Positions 1 through 9,826 of a stretch of DNA of 64,000 bases are shown here, piece after piece (within the stretch, counting starts at the first letter, position 1; every line of letters begins with the position of its first letter). Origin of the DNA: a bacterium (GTDB lineage: Bacteria > Hinthialibacterota > Hinthialibacteria > Hinthialibacterales > Hinthialibacteraceae); the NCBI GenBank assembly GCA_963662285.2, contig CAXXMV010000001.1, positions 96,001-160,000 on the forward strand, written 5' to 3'. The notes below the pieces were generated by a model. It had not been told where the DNA came from and made no database searches. It was given only the letters and a program-made list of their open reading frames with translations. Made by a program: the position numbers and the translations under genes.

Positions 1-1238
1 ATTTCTTTGGTTGCATAACCCGGTTCGGGATTGACCATCAATTTCAGAATATACTCGCCGCCCAGGTAACTCTGTTTCTTTGGTTTATAATTACGGTCTC
101 CAGCGGACCATTGATTGGAGCGTTGCCATTTGCGCGTACCGTATATCGCATCGCCGTTAACTGCAAGCCATTTTCCAATCTGAATTAAGCGCTCTTGCAT
201 AATAACCGGGATGCTGCCGCGTCCATCTGGACCGATGTCCAACAGTAGGTTTCCACCATGGCTCACAATATCAGCCAACATCAATATCAGCACCTGCGGC
301 GAGTTGTAATCGTCTGCGTCTTCGTTTTGGTTATAACCGAATGAAAAACCCATACCCCGGCATTCTTCCCAGGGTTTATCGTAATTGGCGGTGGCGTCAT
401 ATTCGGTGGTGAAGTATCCACCATGCTTTTGCCTTACTCCTTTGCCCCAGCGGTCATTAATAACGATAGTGTCTTTGACGGATGATTCGTTGAACAGCCA
501 GGCCAGCAGTTCCTGTGATTTCCACTTTTCCGCTTCCATATCCCACTCGCCGTCGCCCCATAAAATATCCGGTTGATAGCGCTCAACCAAATCTTTAACC
601 TGAGGGTGGAAATGTTCTTTAACGAAGCGGTCTTTATCGTTCTGCCACCAGGGGTGATACCATTCATACAATGAATAATAGAAGCCCATTTTGATGCCCG
701 CCTCTTTAACCGCTGGAGTCAGTTCACCTAACAGGTCGCGCTTGGAACCAACATCAGCGCTGTTCCAGGCGAAACCACGGTCATTGGCCTGCTTATTGGG
801 CCACAGGCAGTAACCATCGTGATGCTTTGAGGTGATTACAATATATTTGGCGCCAGCGCGTTTGAATAAATCAGCCCATTCCTGCGCATCGAACAAATCC
901 GCTTTGAACTGCTCGCCGAATTTATAATAGGGAAAATCTTCACCATAAGTTTTTGTATGATAATCATAAACTTCGGTTCCCTTAAATTTACCATTGCCAG
1001 ATAATGATTTGTTTTGCAACCAATGTTGATACCATTCAGAATAAGTGCCTTTGGGCGTAAACGCTGGAACCGCGTATGGTCCCCAGTGAATAAAAATACC
1101 AAATTTGGCATCCTCAAACCATTGGGCGACCGGGCGCTGGTCTAATGATTCCCAAGTGGCTTCATAATCCGCTGAGTAAGTTGGAAGAGCGGAAAAGGCC
1201 GCGAACATGAATAAACAAATGGCTAGTATCTTTCGCAT
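1..1238 (-). CDS. alpha-L-fucosidase (GH29), secreted; 3' end runs off the window
   Basis: Not in the ORF track. Manual translation from ATG at 1238: MRKILAICLFMFAAF...YEATWESLDQRPVAQWFEDAKFGIFIHWGPYAVP...AGAKYIVITSKHHDGYCLW...ILWGDGEW...WEECRG...VSHGGNLLLDIGP. These are canonical GH29 motifs. Confidence 0.95.
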   Translation of the reverse strand, partial: MRKILAICLFMFAAFSALPTYSADYEATWESLDQRPVAQWFEDAKFGIFIHWGPYAVPAFTPKGTYSEWYQHWLQNKSLSGNGKFKGTEVYDYHTKTYGEDFPYYKFGEQFKADLFDAQEWADLFKRAGAKYIVITSKHHDGYCLWPNKQANDRGFAWNSADVGSKRDLLGELTPAVKEAGIKMGFYYSLYEWYHPWWQNDKDRFVKEHFHPQVKDLVERYQPDILWGDGEWDMEAEKWKSQELLAWLFNESSVKDTIVINDRWGKGVRQKHGGYFTTEYDATANYDKPWEECRGMGFSFGYNQNEDADDYNSPQVLILMLADIVSHGGNLLLDIGPDGRGSIPVIMQERLIQIGKWLAVNGDAIYGTRKWQRSNQWSAGDRNYKPKKQSYLGGEYILKLMVNPEPGYATKE

Positions 1239-1484
1239 CAATCAAATCCTTGTTTTTATAAGATTTCATGGTGTAATCCATCAAAAATTGTACATTTATA
1301 TTGGGCAAAACGTAATGTTCATTGTCTCTTGTATTATTAATGGTCGATTCATTTTTATATTATTTAGAAATGGCTCATAGGTTTAAGGTTTAACTTGTGG
1401 AAAAAATCAGGTACTGTTATTAGACAGTGGATATGCCGGTTTAGAATGATTGTTGATGTAATTTAATGCTTAGGAGATCGTTAA

Positions 1485-2498
1485 ATGAAAAAGAGACTGT
1501 TATGTAGATCAATGACGCTTAGAAATCTATTTATCTGTTTACTAGGATTTATCATTGCAACAACAAATGCGGTTGTGGTTTGCAGCAGTGAAGCCGAGAC
1601 CAGCGTTCCTCCAATGCCGGAGGGATATTCCAGTGAAATGATGATTAAAACGGCCTTTCTGCTTAATCAAATAAAGCTGATTGATGCCAAAAACGTCATT
1701 GTTCCCGACAATGTGATTGAACAAATGGATATCGAATATGGCAAAGCCGGGGATAAGTCATTACAGCTGGATTTATACAGCCCCAAGGAAATGAATAAAC
1801 CGGCGCCGGGGATCATCTTTATCCACGGGGGAGGCTGGAAAAGCGGTCATCGCCGGGATATGAAATTTTATACAGTCAATTTCGCCAAACGGGGATACGT
1901 ATGCGCTACGGTATCATACCGTTTAACTGGCGAGGCCCTGTTTCCCGCCGCTGTTCAGGACGTCAAATGCGCCGTACGCTGGATGCGCGCCAATGCCGGG
2001 AAATATAATATCGATCCTGATCGAATTGTCGTATCCGGGAACTCGGCTGGCGGGTACCTGTCTTTAATGACCGGCTATTCATCAGATGTTCCCGAATTGG
2101 AGGGGGATAGTGGAAATGCCGGAGTCAGCAGCCGTCCCCGGGCGGTTATCAATTTCTATGGTCCTGTAGACCTGACCACCGATTTCGCCAGGAAACAGAG
2201 TCTGGTAGTGGACTTTTTGGGGAAATCCTATGATGAAGATCCAAAACTGCATACCTTCGCTTCTCCCATATCGCATCTGACCAAGGACGATCCACCGACT
2301 TTGATTTTGCATGGAACCATTGATAGCATCGTCCCCATCAAACAAGCGGATATGCTGGCGGATAAATTGAAATCATTGGGAATCGATTATTTCTATGAAA
2401 AATATGAAGGATGGCCGCATACGATGGATTTAGCCGAAGCGGTTAACTTGCGTTGTCAGTATCAGATGGTTCAGTTTTTGGAGAAATATTTGAAGTAA
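1485..2498 (+). CDS. alpha/beta hydrolase (HSL/BD-FAE-like carbohydrate esterase), secreted
   Basis: IHGGGW oxyanion motif, GNSAGG nucleophile elbow, HGTID and terminal His; N-terminal signal-like segment. Confidence 0.9.
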   Translation: MKKRLLCRSMTLRNLFICLLGFIIATTNAVVVCSSEAETSVPPMPEGYSSEMMIKTAFLLNQIKLIDAKNVIVPDNVIEQMDIEYGKAGDKSLQLDLYSPKEMNKPAPGIIFIHGGGWKSGHRRDMKFYTVNFAKRGYVCATVSYRLTGEALFPAAVQDVKCAVRWMRANAGKYNIDPDRIVVSGNSAGGYLSLMTGYSSDVPELEGDSGNAGVSSRPRAVINFYGPVDLTTDFARKQSLVVDFLGKSYDEDPKLHTFASPISHLTKDDPPTLILHGTIDSIVPIKQADMLADKLKSLGIDYFYEKYEGWPHTMDLAEAVNLRCQYQMVQFLEKYLK

Positions 2499-2515
2499 AT
2501 GAAGTAATAGTATAG

Positions 2516-2722
2516 CATGGGTGGCAAGGACAGTGTCCTTTCTGTCCTTGACTGACAACTATGGAGATACAAAATCCACCTTGATTCTTTATAATCCAAG
2601 TACGGGTCCAATAAATTGGATTTAATTATGTCATCAACGTGGATTGATGAAAAAAAAACAATGCAAATAAATGAAGTAAACTCAATCAAGGGCAGAAAAT
2701 ACACTGCCCTTGGCACCCAGCA
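2516..2722. repeat. REPIN-like inverted pair of palindromic units (2516-2551 and 2686-2722)
   Basis: Left arm TGGGTGGCAAGGACAGTGTCCTTTCTGTCCTTGA matches the reverse complement of the right arm, TGGGTGCCAAGGGCAGTGTATTTTCTGCCCTTGA; each arm is itself a hairpin. Confidence 0.7.
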
Positions 2723-2744
2723 TTAACATAAGTGAATTGAATAT

Positions 2745-2782
2745 CCCCCTCACCCTTGCCCACTCCCGGCGGGAGAGGGGAC
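2745..2782 (+). repeat. REP-like element (CCCTCACCCT...CTCCC..GGGAGAGGG family)
   Basis: Homologous to the reverse complement of 22484-22519; GC-rich hairpin between convergent genes. Confidence 0.65.
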
Positions 2783-2806
2783 ATTCAATAATCCGGTTAT
2801 GTTGTT

Positions 2807-4504
2807 TCACCATAGATATGCGTATACCGCCGCTATGGTTAAGGTGGGGACTAACCACCATATCCAGAGATTACTGTACCATGCTGCGCCTGATGCATTC
2901 AACATACTGGAATCCCACATGTTGTCTTCAGGCGTTGTGCGCTTGATTCCCAGTAAAACAATTAGCACCGACATGGTAACCAGCACCAAGACGGCCATCA
3001 ATGTTGCGCTGAATGAGGCCATAATGAATATTGGAATTACGGTAATCGCAGAATAAATCCAACCAGACAACCAAGTGCGGTTGTAGGAAAAACAGATTAG
3101 CAATGCGATTGACGACAGCGTCATGGCGCCAGCGAAAACCAGGGGATTGGCTAAATTAGTCGGCAGAAGTTCAATGCCGTAGTCAGACAGAATAACTTTT
3201 GAAATAATAAAGGGGATGGAAAGTATTGATATCCATAAACAGATGACCGCGCCTCTCTCATTAGCCTTTTTCCAAAGAGCGCCCGCTAAAAATATGATTA
3301 CAATGGGAGCGGCCATCGGCGCCCAGATATCCTGCGCATAGCGGAATAAATTATCCCATTTCATCACGATAGGAGCGATCAAGGCCCCGATCAGCAAAGC
3401 GATTCCTCCCGACCATCTACCGATGCTCACAAGGTCTTTTTCCGCCCAATTCTTCCCCTTCCAGCGTTGAACTAAATCGAGCGTTACCAATGTTGAAACC
3501 GAATTAACCAGGCCGGAGATGGTAGACATAATAGCGCCTACTATGGCTGCGGCCACCAGTCCTCTAAGTCCGGTCGGCACTACCGCCGCCACGACCATGG
3601 GATAAGCGGCGTCAGCATCGATCAAGTTGGGATTTATTACGCGGTATACCATGCCGGGAAATGTCGTGGCCAATGGCAGAAATATCTGTAACATCATGGC
3701 AATTATGATGCCCATTTTGGCATGCCATTCATTACGCGCTGCCAGACAGCGCTGGTTGATGTACTGATTGGTGGCGTAGTACCATAGATGTGAGGTTAAC
3801 AGCATACTGGCCAAAGCGGTCCAGGGTACTTCGTGATCAGCGGGCGTTATCAAGTGCGCTTGATCTCCGGTTCCCAGGATTGCTTGGAAATCCCAACCTA
3901 TCATGGACATTCCAGCGAAAAAGACATATATGCCGCCGCCCATCAATAACACGCATTGAAACGAACTGGTCCAGGCCACAGCCGTCAATCCGCCATAGAT
4001 TGTATATAAACCCGTTATTAGAGCGATAGCCCAGACAGCGGTTAGTTGATCGATGCCCCACATCATTTCCAGAGCGTATCCTGCGGTATAAAACACCACG
4101 GCGAAATTGACCAGGACGTAACTGGCGATTAACAGGCAGGCGTACAGCGTCCTGGTTTGGCCGCCATAGCGCTTCTCCAGATATTCGGGCATGGTGGTGA
4201 CTTTGTTACGAAAATATAGCGGGATGAAAATCCATAATAGCAGAGTTAAAGCAGGGAATACCGACCATTCCCAATTGGCTACCGGCATACCCAGCTTATA
4301 GGCGTAGCCCACTTCACCGACAAATTGTTCTGAACTGATGCCCGCCGCCACAATTGAAAAACCAATGGCATAGAATGGCAGGCGGTTGCCGCCGCGAAAG
4401 TAGCCGCTGATGGTATTACGCTGCTTTCGCGCAGTGACAATACCGATAACCATTACCAGAACGAAATAACTTAAGAAGCAGACCAGGTCGATATTATTGA
4501 ACAT
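2807..4504 (-). CDS. sodium:solute symporter (SSS family, sugar/sialate-type)
   Basis: Many hydrophobic segments; motifs GYFRGG, ISSEQFVG, TMPEYLEKRYG, YTIYGGLTAVAWT, NQYINQRCLAA, AIMSTISG. Confidence 0.95.
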   Translation of the reverse strand: MFNNIDLVCFLSYFVLVMVIGIVTARKQRNTISGYFRGGNRLPFYAIGFSIVAAGISSEQFVGEVGYAYKLGMPVANWEWSVFPALTLLLWIFIPLYFRNKVTTMPEYLEKRYGGQTRTLYACLLIASYVLVNFAVVFYTAGYALEMMWGIDQLTAVWAIALITGLYTIYGGLTAVAWTSSFQCVLLMGGGIYVFFAGMSMIGWDFQAILGTGDQAHLITPADHEVPWTALASMLLTSHLWYYATNQYINQRCLAARNEWHAKMGIIIAMMLQIFLPLATTFPGMVYRVINPNLIDADAAYPMVVAAVVPTGLRGLVAAAIVGAIMSTISGLVNSVSTLVTLDLVQRWKGKNWAEKDLVSIGRWSGGIALLIGALIAPIVMKWDNLFRYAQDIWAPMAAPIVIIFLAGALWKKANERGAVICLWISILSIPFIISKVILSDYGIELLPTNLANPLVFAGAMTLSSIALLICFSYNRTWLSGWIYSAITVIPIFIMASFSATLMAVLVLVTMSVLIVLLGIKRTTPEDNMWDSSMLNASGAAWYSNLWIWWLVPTLTIAAVYAYLW

Positions 4505-4576
4505 CTTATATCCTCCGGAGAGTGTATTGAAAATGCTCTATTTAATAGTGTGTCCATTTCCATGTCAGTGATTCTT

Positions 4577-4610
4577 GGTGGGCTACGCTTTCGCTTTTAG
4601 CCCACCCTAC
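4577..4610 (-). repeat. GTAG-type REP palindrome
   Basis: Reverse complement reads GTAGGGTGGGCTAAAAGCGAAAGCGTAGCCCACC: a GTAG tetranucleotide followed by a hairpin. Confidence 0.65.
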
Positions 4611-4680
4611 GCGTAGTCTATTTCTATGTCAGTAAGCGTTTTCCGTTTGGTTCTTTTCATTGCCTTTGGCGCCCATGTGG

Positions 4681-4787
4681 TGTCATTAAGTTGAGGAATT
4701 TAAGCCTATCGTTGGTGGCTTGATCAAGGGCTGAGCGCAATGCGCTCTTGCCCTTGGCACCCAATCCTACCGCTTAAGTTAATGATA
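4681..4787. repeat. MITE-like element with imperfect terminal inverted repeats enclosing a GTAG REP (4712-4770)
   Basis: TGTCATTAAGTTGAG (4681-4695) and CTTAAGTTAATGATA (4773-4787) match 12/15 as inverted repeats. The internal unit reads GTAGGATTGGGTGCCAAGGGCA on the minus strand, sharing its core with the 2516-2722 repeats. Confidence 0.5.
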
Positions 4788-4827
4788 TCGCCCACTAGGG
4801 GGGCGCCCTATATTAAGCATTTTATGA

Positions 4828-5508
4828 TTAGTGCAAACGGTGGTTGCTGGTGAATTTTTGCATATCAAAATCCGCCAAATCATCCAATACCAAATCCGCA
4901 TGGGATAAATCCTGCATATGAACATTTTTACGTAGTAAACCAACGCAATGCATACCCGCTTGCTTGGCTGCCAGCACGCCTACGTGTGAATCCTCGAATA
5001 CGATGCAGTTTTCCGGTTTGCAGTTCATCTTTTCTGACGCCGCCAGATAGCAAGTTGGATCAGGTTTGCCGGGATGGTAATCTTCGGCGCCCAGGAAAAA
5101 ATCGAGATGAGATGCGACGCCCATCATTTCAATCCCTTCCTCAATTTCAAACCGGGGGGCGCCGGATACGATAGCTACGGAATAATCCGATGAGAGTTGT
5201 TTCAGTAGATCGATTGACGAATGAATGCGGATGTCCATTTTATCGCGCAACGCTACGAAATGCCTGCGCACTGCAATCCCCAATGATTCCATTGTAGGAA
5301 AAGCGCCAGGAAAGCGTTGATTCGTTGCTTTATAAATATCGGGCCATGATACGCCGTAAACCAATTTAATAATTTCTTCTTGTGAAATTTCGCAATCTTT
5401 CTCTGAGAATGCCTGCGTTACTGCCTCAACATAAAGTATTTCCGTATTAATCAAAGTACCGTCCATATCAAACAATACGGCGCGAATATCAATATTTTCT
5501 TTTGGCAT
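4828..5508 (-). CDS. HAD-family phosphatase (beta-PGM/CbbY-like)
   Basis: FDMDGTL motif I, VS motif II, GKPDP, VFEDS motif IV. Confidence 0.92.
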   Translation of the reverse strand: MPKENIDIRAVLFDMDGTLINTEILYVEAVTQAFSEKDCEISQEEIIKLVYGVSWPDIYKATNQRFPGAFPTMESLGIAVRRHFVALRDKMDIRIHSSIDLLKQLSSDYSVAIVSGAPRFEIEEGIEMMGVASHLDFFLGAEDYHPGKPDPTCYLAASEKMNCKPENCIVFEDSHVGVLAAKQAGMHCVGLLRKNVHMQDLSHADLVLDDLADFDMQKFTSNHRLH

Positions 5509-5566
5509 TAAATGATTCCTTAATAAATTATTTAAGCGGATAATCCACCATTATATGTCAATTTCT

Positions 5567-7585
5567 CTAGTTAGACTTGATTGAAATAGTCACTTCAAAT
5601 TCCGAGATCGTGTCGCCTTTTCGGTATTGTTTATTCTTGATGAAGTTTAGATACAGATAATCCGTTGTCCTGGCTCGCGTGGGTTTAAGTGAACTTATAT
5701 AGACTGCATTCAACGGTGATTCGCTTTGGATAGACAGTATTTGATCGATTTCAATGCGTTTCTCATTTGATTCGAGGGACTTCCCACTATGCGCCATGAT
5801 CCGGTTTTGTTTGCCATCCATGAATACATCACGATAGCCTTTTTCGTATATCCAATTTGGATTATTTAATATCCCGATCAGACCGGTTTGAACTTGATCA
5901 ATTTCAATATCATTCAATGCAATCAACTTTTCGCTTATCAACCAATTTCCATTGGGGTATGAATGGTAATGCAAATCAGCGCGAATTTGATTTTTACCAT
6001 GATCCAATTGCATACGGACATCGAATTCATTGTCAGTATGCTCTACATCAATAGTGTTGATGGAAACATCTAATGCTTTGGATTGACCATTTAAGCGGAC
6101 CGCGCCGATGCCATTACGCTGATCTGGCGAGACGATTCTATCCAGTCGGTTGGCTACAGTCTGCGCCATTACCTTTGCGCCCCAACTGAAGGTGTGAATC
6201 GCATGGGGAGTGCGGTTAATTATTATTTTACCCGTGTCTAAACGCCGGACGCCCGATCGTTCATGGTATGCATTGTGGATGGGTGGACCTATTTTTAGCG
6301 TCAGCCAGGCTCTTAATAGATAGTAGATGCAGTCGGATTGAGTGGATGCGAAGAAGAATTCTTCATCCAGATAAACCTGTCCTGATGGGGAGCGTTGCTG
6401 CATTTTCTCGTGCGTATCAAACGAGCGCATGGCCAGGGTCCATGCGTCGGGATCATGACCATACGCCGCCATTAATATGTGCGGGAAAAACCAGTCGGAA
6501 TTGTTGAAAAGACGCCAATCCTGTCCGGAAGGATATACAATGCCGCCATCGGGCAGCGAGAACCACTTAAGGTTTTCATAAATCCCTGCGACATTAAACC
6601 TGAGCGCTTCGGGCGCCCGCCGCTTGGTCATGACGTAATCAATGAAGCAACTCATCGAAAGCGTGAATGTACTCATGTAATCAGGATGAACGATACTGTG
6701 ATTTTCCAAGGTGAAGTCATCGTATACATTGGCGCCGTAAAATTGCTCTGAGACGGGACGGCCATCAACCATAACTGCTGAATTTTTATCTGCGGGACGT
6801 TGGAATGATGACAGCACCCATTTTTGAAATTCGCGTTCCCACACATCGCGTTGAGAATCCTGAGGCATCAGTAGAATGGCGACAGAAAAGATTTGCGCAT
6901 TCCAGGCATTTTCTTCGGCTTTGGTGTCATTCTTCAGTTGGCTGGGCGGCGTCTGGCCGACGAATCGTTGCGCTTCGTGTTTGACTACGCGGCGGATGCC
7001 TTCTTTTAAGTCATCCGGCAGATCATTCCAAATCCACCATCCAGCCCGTCCCAGCATGTGCGCCCAATGGGCTGACTGCCAGGCGTCGCCCCACGGTTTC
7101 CCATCGCTGGTCATGCGGTCTCCCGTGTTATGAGTAGCGACCAGATAGCGCATCATGGGAATGATTTTTTGGTTCAATAATGCGTCACGCTCCAAACCGA
7201 CAGCCGATTTATCATAAGGACCGAACTGATAGAGGAACGATAAACCCGCCACTGTTCCAGTGTTGGGACGAATCCAATGTTCGCCGCTTTTACTGTCCGT
7301 CAAGAGCAGCATTGATTCATCTTCAGGCCAGGGGTGTAACTTGGATAACAAAAAACGCGCCTGGTGTTGGATGGATTGATATACCCGGTTTGAAATATCT
7401 CCTCTAATGCCCTGCCCGTTTTCTGATGGGATGGAAAAATTCAGTGGAAGCACTGTATCTTCTTGAGCAGGCGCATTTATGGTAGCAACCATAAAATTGA
7501 TTATTAATAATGGGATAATATATTTCATATTGGTAGTTACTGCCTTTATGTTCGGTATGGAAAATTGATTAATCTGCCTTGTCAC
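5567..7585 (-). CDS. secreted hypothetical protein, possibly a lyase-like carbohydrate-active protein (probable start 7528)
   Basis: 672-aa ORF with signal peptide MKYIIPLLII...; Trp-rich motifs WGDAWQSAHW, DTKAEENAWN, TLENHSIVHPDY. Family not recognised. Confidence 0.7.
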   Translation of the reverse strand: MTRQINQFSIPNIKAVTTNMKYIIPLLIINFMVATINAPAQEDTVLPLNFSIPSENGQGIRGDISNRVYQSIQHQARFLLSKLHPWPEDESMLLLTDSKSGEHWIRPNTGTVAGLSFLYQFGPYDKSAVGLERDALLNQKIIPMMRYLVATHNTGDRMTSDGKPWGDAWQSAHWAHMLGRAGWWIWNDLPDDLKEGIRRVVKHEAQRFVGQTPPSQLKNDTKAEENAWNAQIFSVAILLMPQDSQRDVWEREFQKWVLSSFQRPADKNSAVMVDGRPVSEQFYGANVYDDFTLENHSIVHPDYMSTFTLSMSCFIDYVMTKRRAPEALRFNVAGIYENLKWFSLPDGGIVYPSGQDWRLFNNSDWFFPHILMAAYGHDPDAWTLAMRSFDTHEKMQQRSPSGQVYLDEEFFFASTQSDCIYYLLRAWLTLKIGPPIHNAYHERSGVRRLDTGKIIINRTPHAIHTFSWGAKVMAQTVANRLDRIVSPDQRNGIGAVRLNGQSKALDVSINTIDVEHTDNEFDVRMQLDHGKNQIRADLHYHSYPNGNWLISEKLIALNDIEIDQVQTGLIGILNNPNWIYEKGYRDVFMDGKQNRIMAHSGKSLESNEKRIEIDQILSIQSESPLNAVYISSLKPTRARTTDYLYLNFIKNKQYRKGDTISEFEVTISIKSN

Positions 7586-8762
7586 AAGCCTGGATAAAGC
7601 TTTGTGCGGCTGCGTCTATCTCTTCATCGGTGGAATCGATATTGACGCCAAAGGCTGAACCAAGCCCGGCGTCCACAACGCCTATGCTGATGTTGATGGA
7701 GCGTTTCAGGACATCATCGGTACGGGGAAATTCCTCGATGGTGTGAGGATAGCCGCGTTCTTTAATATAACGAACCACCTGATCCATGTTGGAATAGACA
7801 TGCCAGCCCGTATCATCAACCGTTACTGTGTTCAGCATTTGGCTTACTTTAGCGGCTTTTTCCTGCGTATCGAAGATAACTGTCAGTAGCGACCCGCATT
7901 CTCCCTCTACGTCGTGCAGCGTGCGGAATTTCATTCCTTTTACGCCTGAGATTTGTTCTTTGAACCGGTTCTTTTTCTCGCGCATGGTTGCGGTTATTTT
8001 ATCCAGTTTGCGCAACTGAGCCAGAGCGAAAGCGCCTGTCAGTTCATTCATGCGGAAATTAAGCCCCATTATGCTGGGAGGCGCAATCTCCAGGATGCCG
8101 GATTTCTTCTTATAACCTTGATCGGTCATCGAAAAGGCGTATTGGTAATGTATATCATCGTTTGTGATAAGCATCCCACCGTCGCCCGCCGTGATGGTTT
8201 TGAATATATTCAACGAGTATCCGCCCAGTTCGCCGAAGGTTCCCACTTTCCTGCCTTTATACGAAGCGCCGCAGGCCTGACAGCAGTCTTCTATAACCGG
8301 CAGACCTTTTTTATTGGCGATATCCATGATGGCGTCCATATCGCATGGGTTGCCCAGGATATGAACCGGCATAATGGCTTTGGTTTTGGGGGTGATGCGC
8401 CGTTCGATGTCAGCTGGATCAATGCACAGGCTTTCGTCTATTTCGGTAAGCACTGGAATGGCGCCGAGAAAGATGGCGGCGCCGTATGAAGCGATGAAGG
8501 TATAGGTGGGGATGATAATCTCATCATCGGGTTTGAGGCCCATGGCGCTCAATGAAATCAATAGAGTGCTGGTTCCCGAACTGGTTGCTACGCAATGCCT
8601 GGCGCCGCAGTATTGCGCAAACTCTCTTTCAAGAGATAATACTTTGTGTTTAAAACTCGTATCGTTGAGGTCGCCATAACGATTTACCTTGCCGCTTTCC
8701 AGAACATCGAGTACTTCTTTTTTCTCTTCTTCACCAATCCAATAAGCTCCGGGTCCAGGCAT
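7569..8762 (-). CDS. DegT/DnrJ/EryC1/StrS PLP-dependent aminotransferase (KdnA-like)
   Basis: SSGT, PTYTFIAS, EDCCQA, SLNIFKTITAGDGG (catalytic Lys), GLNFRMNE. Confidence 0.92.
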   Translation of the reverse strand: MPGPGAYWIGEEEKKEVLDVLESGKVNRYGDLNDTSFKHKVLSLEREFAQYCGARHCVATSSGTSTLLISLSAMGLKPDDEIIIPTYTFIASYGAAIFLGAIPVLTEIDESLCIDPADIERRITPKTKAIMPVHILGNPCDMDAIMDIANKKGLPVIEDCCQACGASYKGRKVGTFGELGGYSLNIFKTITAGDGGMLITNDDIHYQYAFSMTDQGYKKKSGILEIAPPSIMGLNFRMNELTGAFALAQLRKLDKITATMREKKNRFKEQISGVKGMKFRTLHDVEGECGSLLTVIFDTQEKAAKVSQMLNTVTVDDTGWHVYSNMDQVVRYIKERGYPHTIEEFPRTDDVLKRSINISIGVVDAGLGSAFGVNIDSTDEEIDAAAQSFIQACDKAD

Positions 8763-8959
8763 ATCATCATCTCCTTAATTCGTGAATGATTCAATTTATG
8801 GTTGTCGAATCCATACTGAGTTTCAGTCTTGAATCAGAATCTATACCTTAACACACAATGCAATGTGAACGGAATAGTAATTGCCGCTTTTTAGATCGAA
8901 AAAATTCTGTTTTTAATCGATATTTATGTATAATCAACTATTCTGATTTGAAAGAGGCC

Positions 8960-9304
8960 ATGATGAATAAACTCGAACAAATAACTCAAAAGCGCAAAGA
9001 TGCTCACGCCAAACTGCTGGCGCTGAAATCTAAAGTATACCAGGCCTTTCTCACCATGGAAAAAGCCGCTTTTTCTGATGGCGCCTTACCCAAAAAAGAG
9101 AAAGAACTGATCGCCGTCGGTATATCAGTAGTGATTGATTGTGAATCTTGTATGCAATGGCATATCGAACAGTCGGCCAAATGCGGCGCTACAATACAGG
9201 AGATTCTGGAAGCCATCGAAGTGGGCATCGAAATGGGCGGCGGCCCCGCTACCGCATCAGCGCGTTTCGCACTCGATGTAATCGAAGATGCGTTCAAGGA
9301 TTAG
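8960..9304 (+). CDS. carboxymuconolactone decarboxylase/AhpD family protein
   Basis: GALPKKEKELIAVGISVVIDCESCMQWH (CxxC), GATIQEILEAI; RBS GAGG before ATG at 8960. Confidence 0.9.
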   Translation: MMNKLEQITQKRKDAHAKLLALKSKVYQAFLTMEKAAFSDGALPKKEKELIAVGISVVIDCESCMQWHIEQSAKCGATIQEILEAIEVGIEMGGGPATASARFALDVIEDAFKD

Positions 9305-9332
9305 AGTATATGAAATAACGAAAGGAAATATC

Positions 9333-9773
9333 ATGATTACTCAAAAAATTTTGGCGTTGAACCTTGGATTCATCATCATAGTATTGCTGTGCGCTTTGTA
9401 TATGATCTCAAGCCCCAAGACTGCTGATACCAAAGAGCCGACCAAACTGGCGGTTGTGTGGAGCAGCGACGATCCCTATGTGGCGCACCGCGTCTGCCTG
9501 ATGTATACCCATGCCGCCCGGAATCAGAAATGGTTCGATGAAGTTGAACTGGTAGTCTGGGGGCCATCGGCCAAATTGCTCAGCGAAGACCAGGAACTGC
9601 AAAAGAAAGTCAAAGCCATGATGAATGATGGCGTAATTGTTGAAGCATGCGTCGCCTGCGCCAATGCTTATGGCGTTAGCGATGATCTGCGCGAGTTGGG
9701 GATAACCGTCAAAGGAATGGGCAAGCCGTTAACCGATTTCTTGCAGAAAGGCTGGAAAGTATTGACCTTTTAG
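9333..9773 (+). CDS. DsrE-family protein with N-terminal signal/TM segment
   Basis: WFDEVELVVWGPSAKLL, ACVACA; RBS AAGGA before ATG at 9333. Confidence 0.85.
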   Translation: MITQKILALNLGFIIIVLLCALYMISSPKTADTKEPTKLAVVWSSDDPYVAHRVCLMYTHAARNQKWFDEVELVVWGPSAKLLSEDQELQKKVKAMMNDGVIVEACVACANAYGVSDDLRELGITVKGMGKPLTDFLQKGWKVLTF

Positions 9774-9792
9774 ATATATCCCCTTCCTCTAA

Positions 9793-9814
9793 CTCCCCCC
9801 AAACTTGGGGGGAG
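9793..9814. terminator. GC-rich hairpin between convergent genes
   Basis: CTCCCCCCAA-AC-TTGGGGGGAG. Confidence 0.55.
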
Positions 9815-9826
9815 AATTTTACTTAC

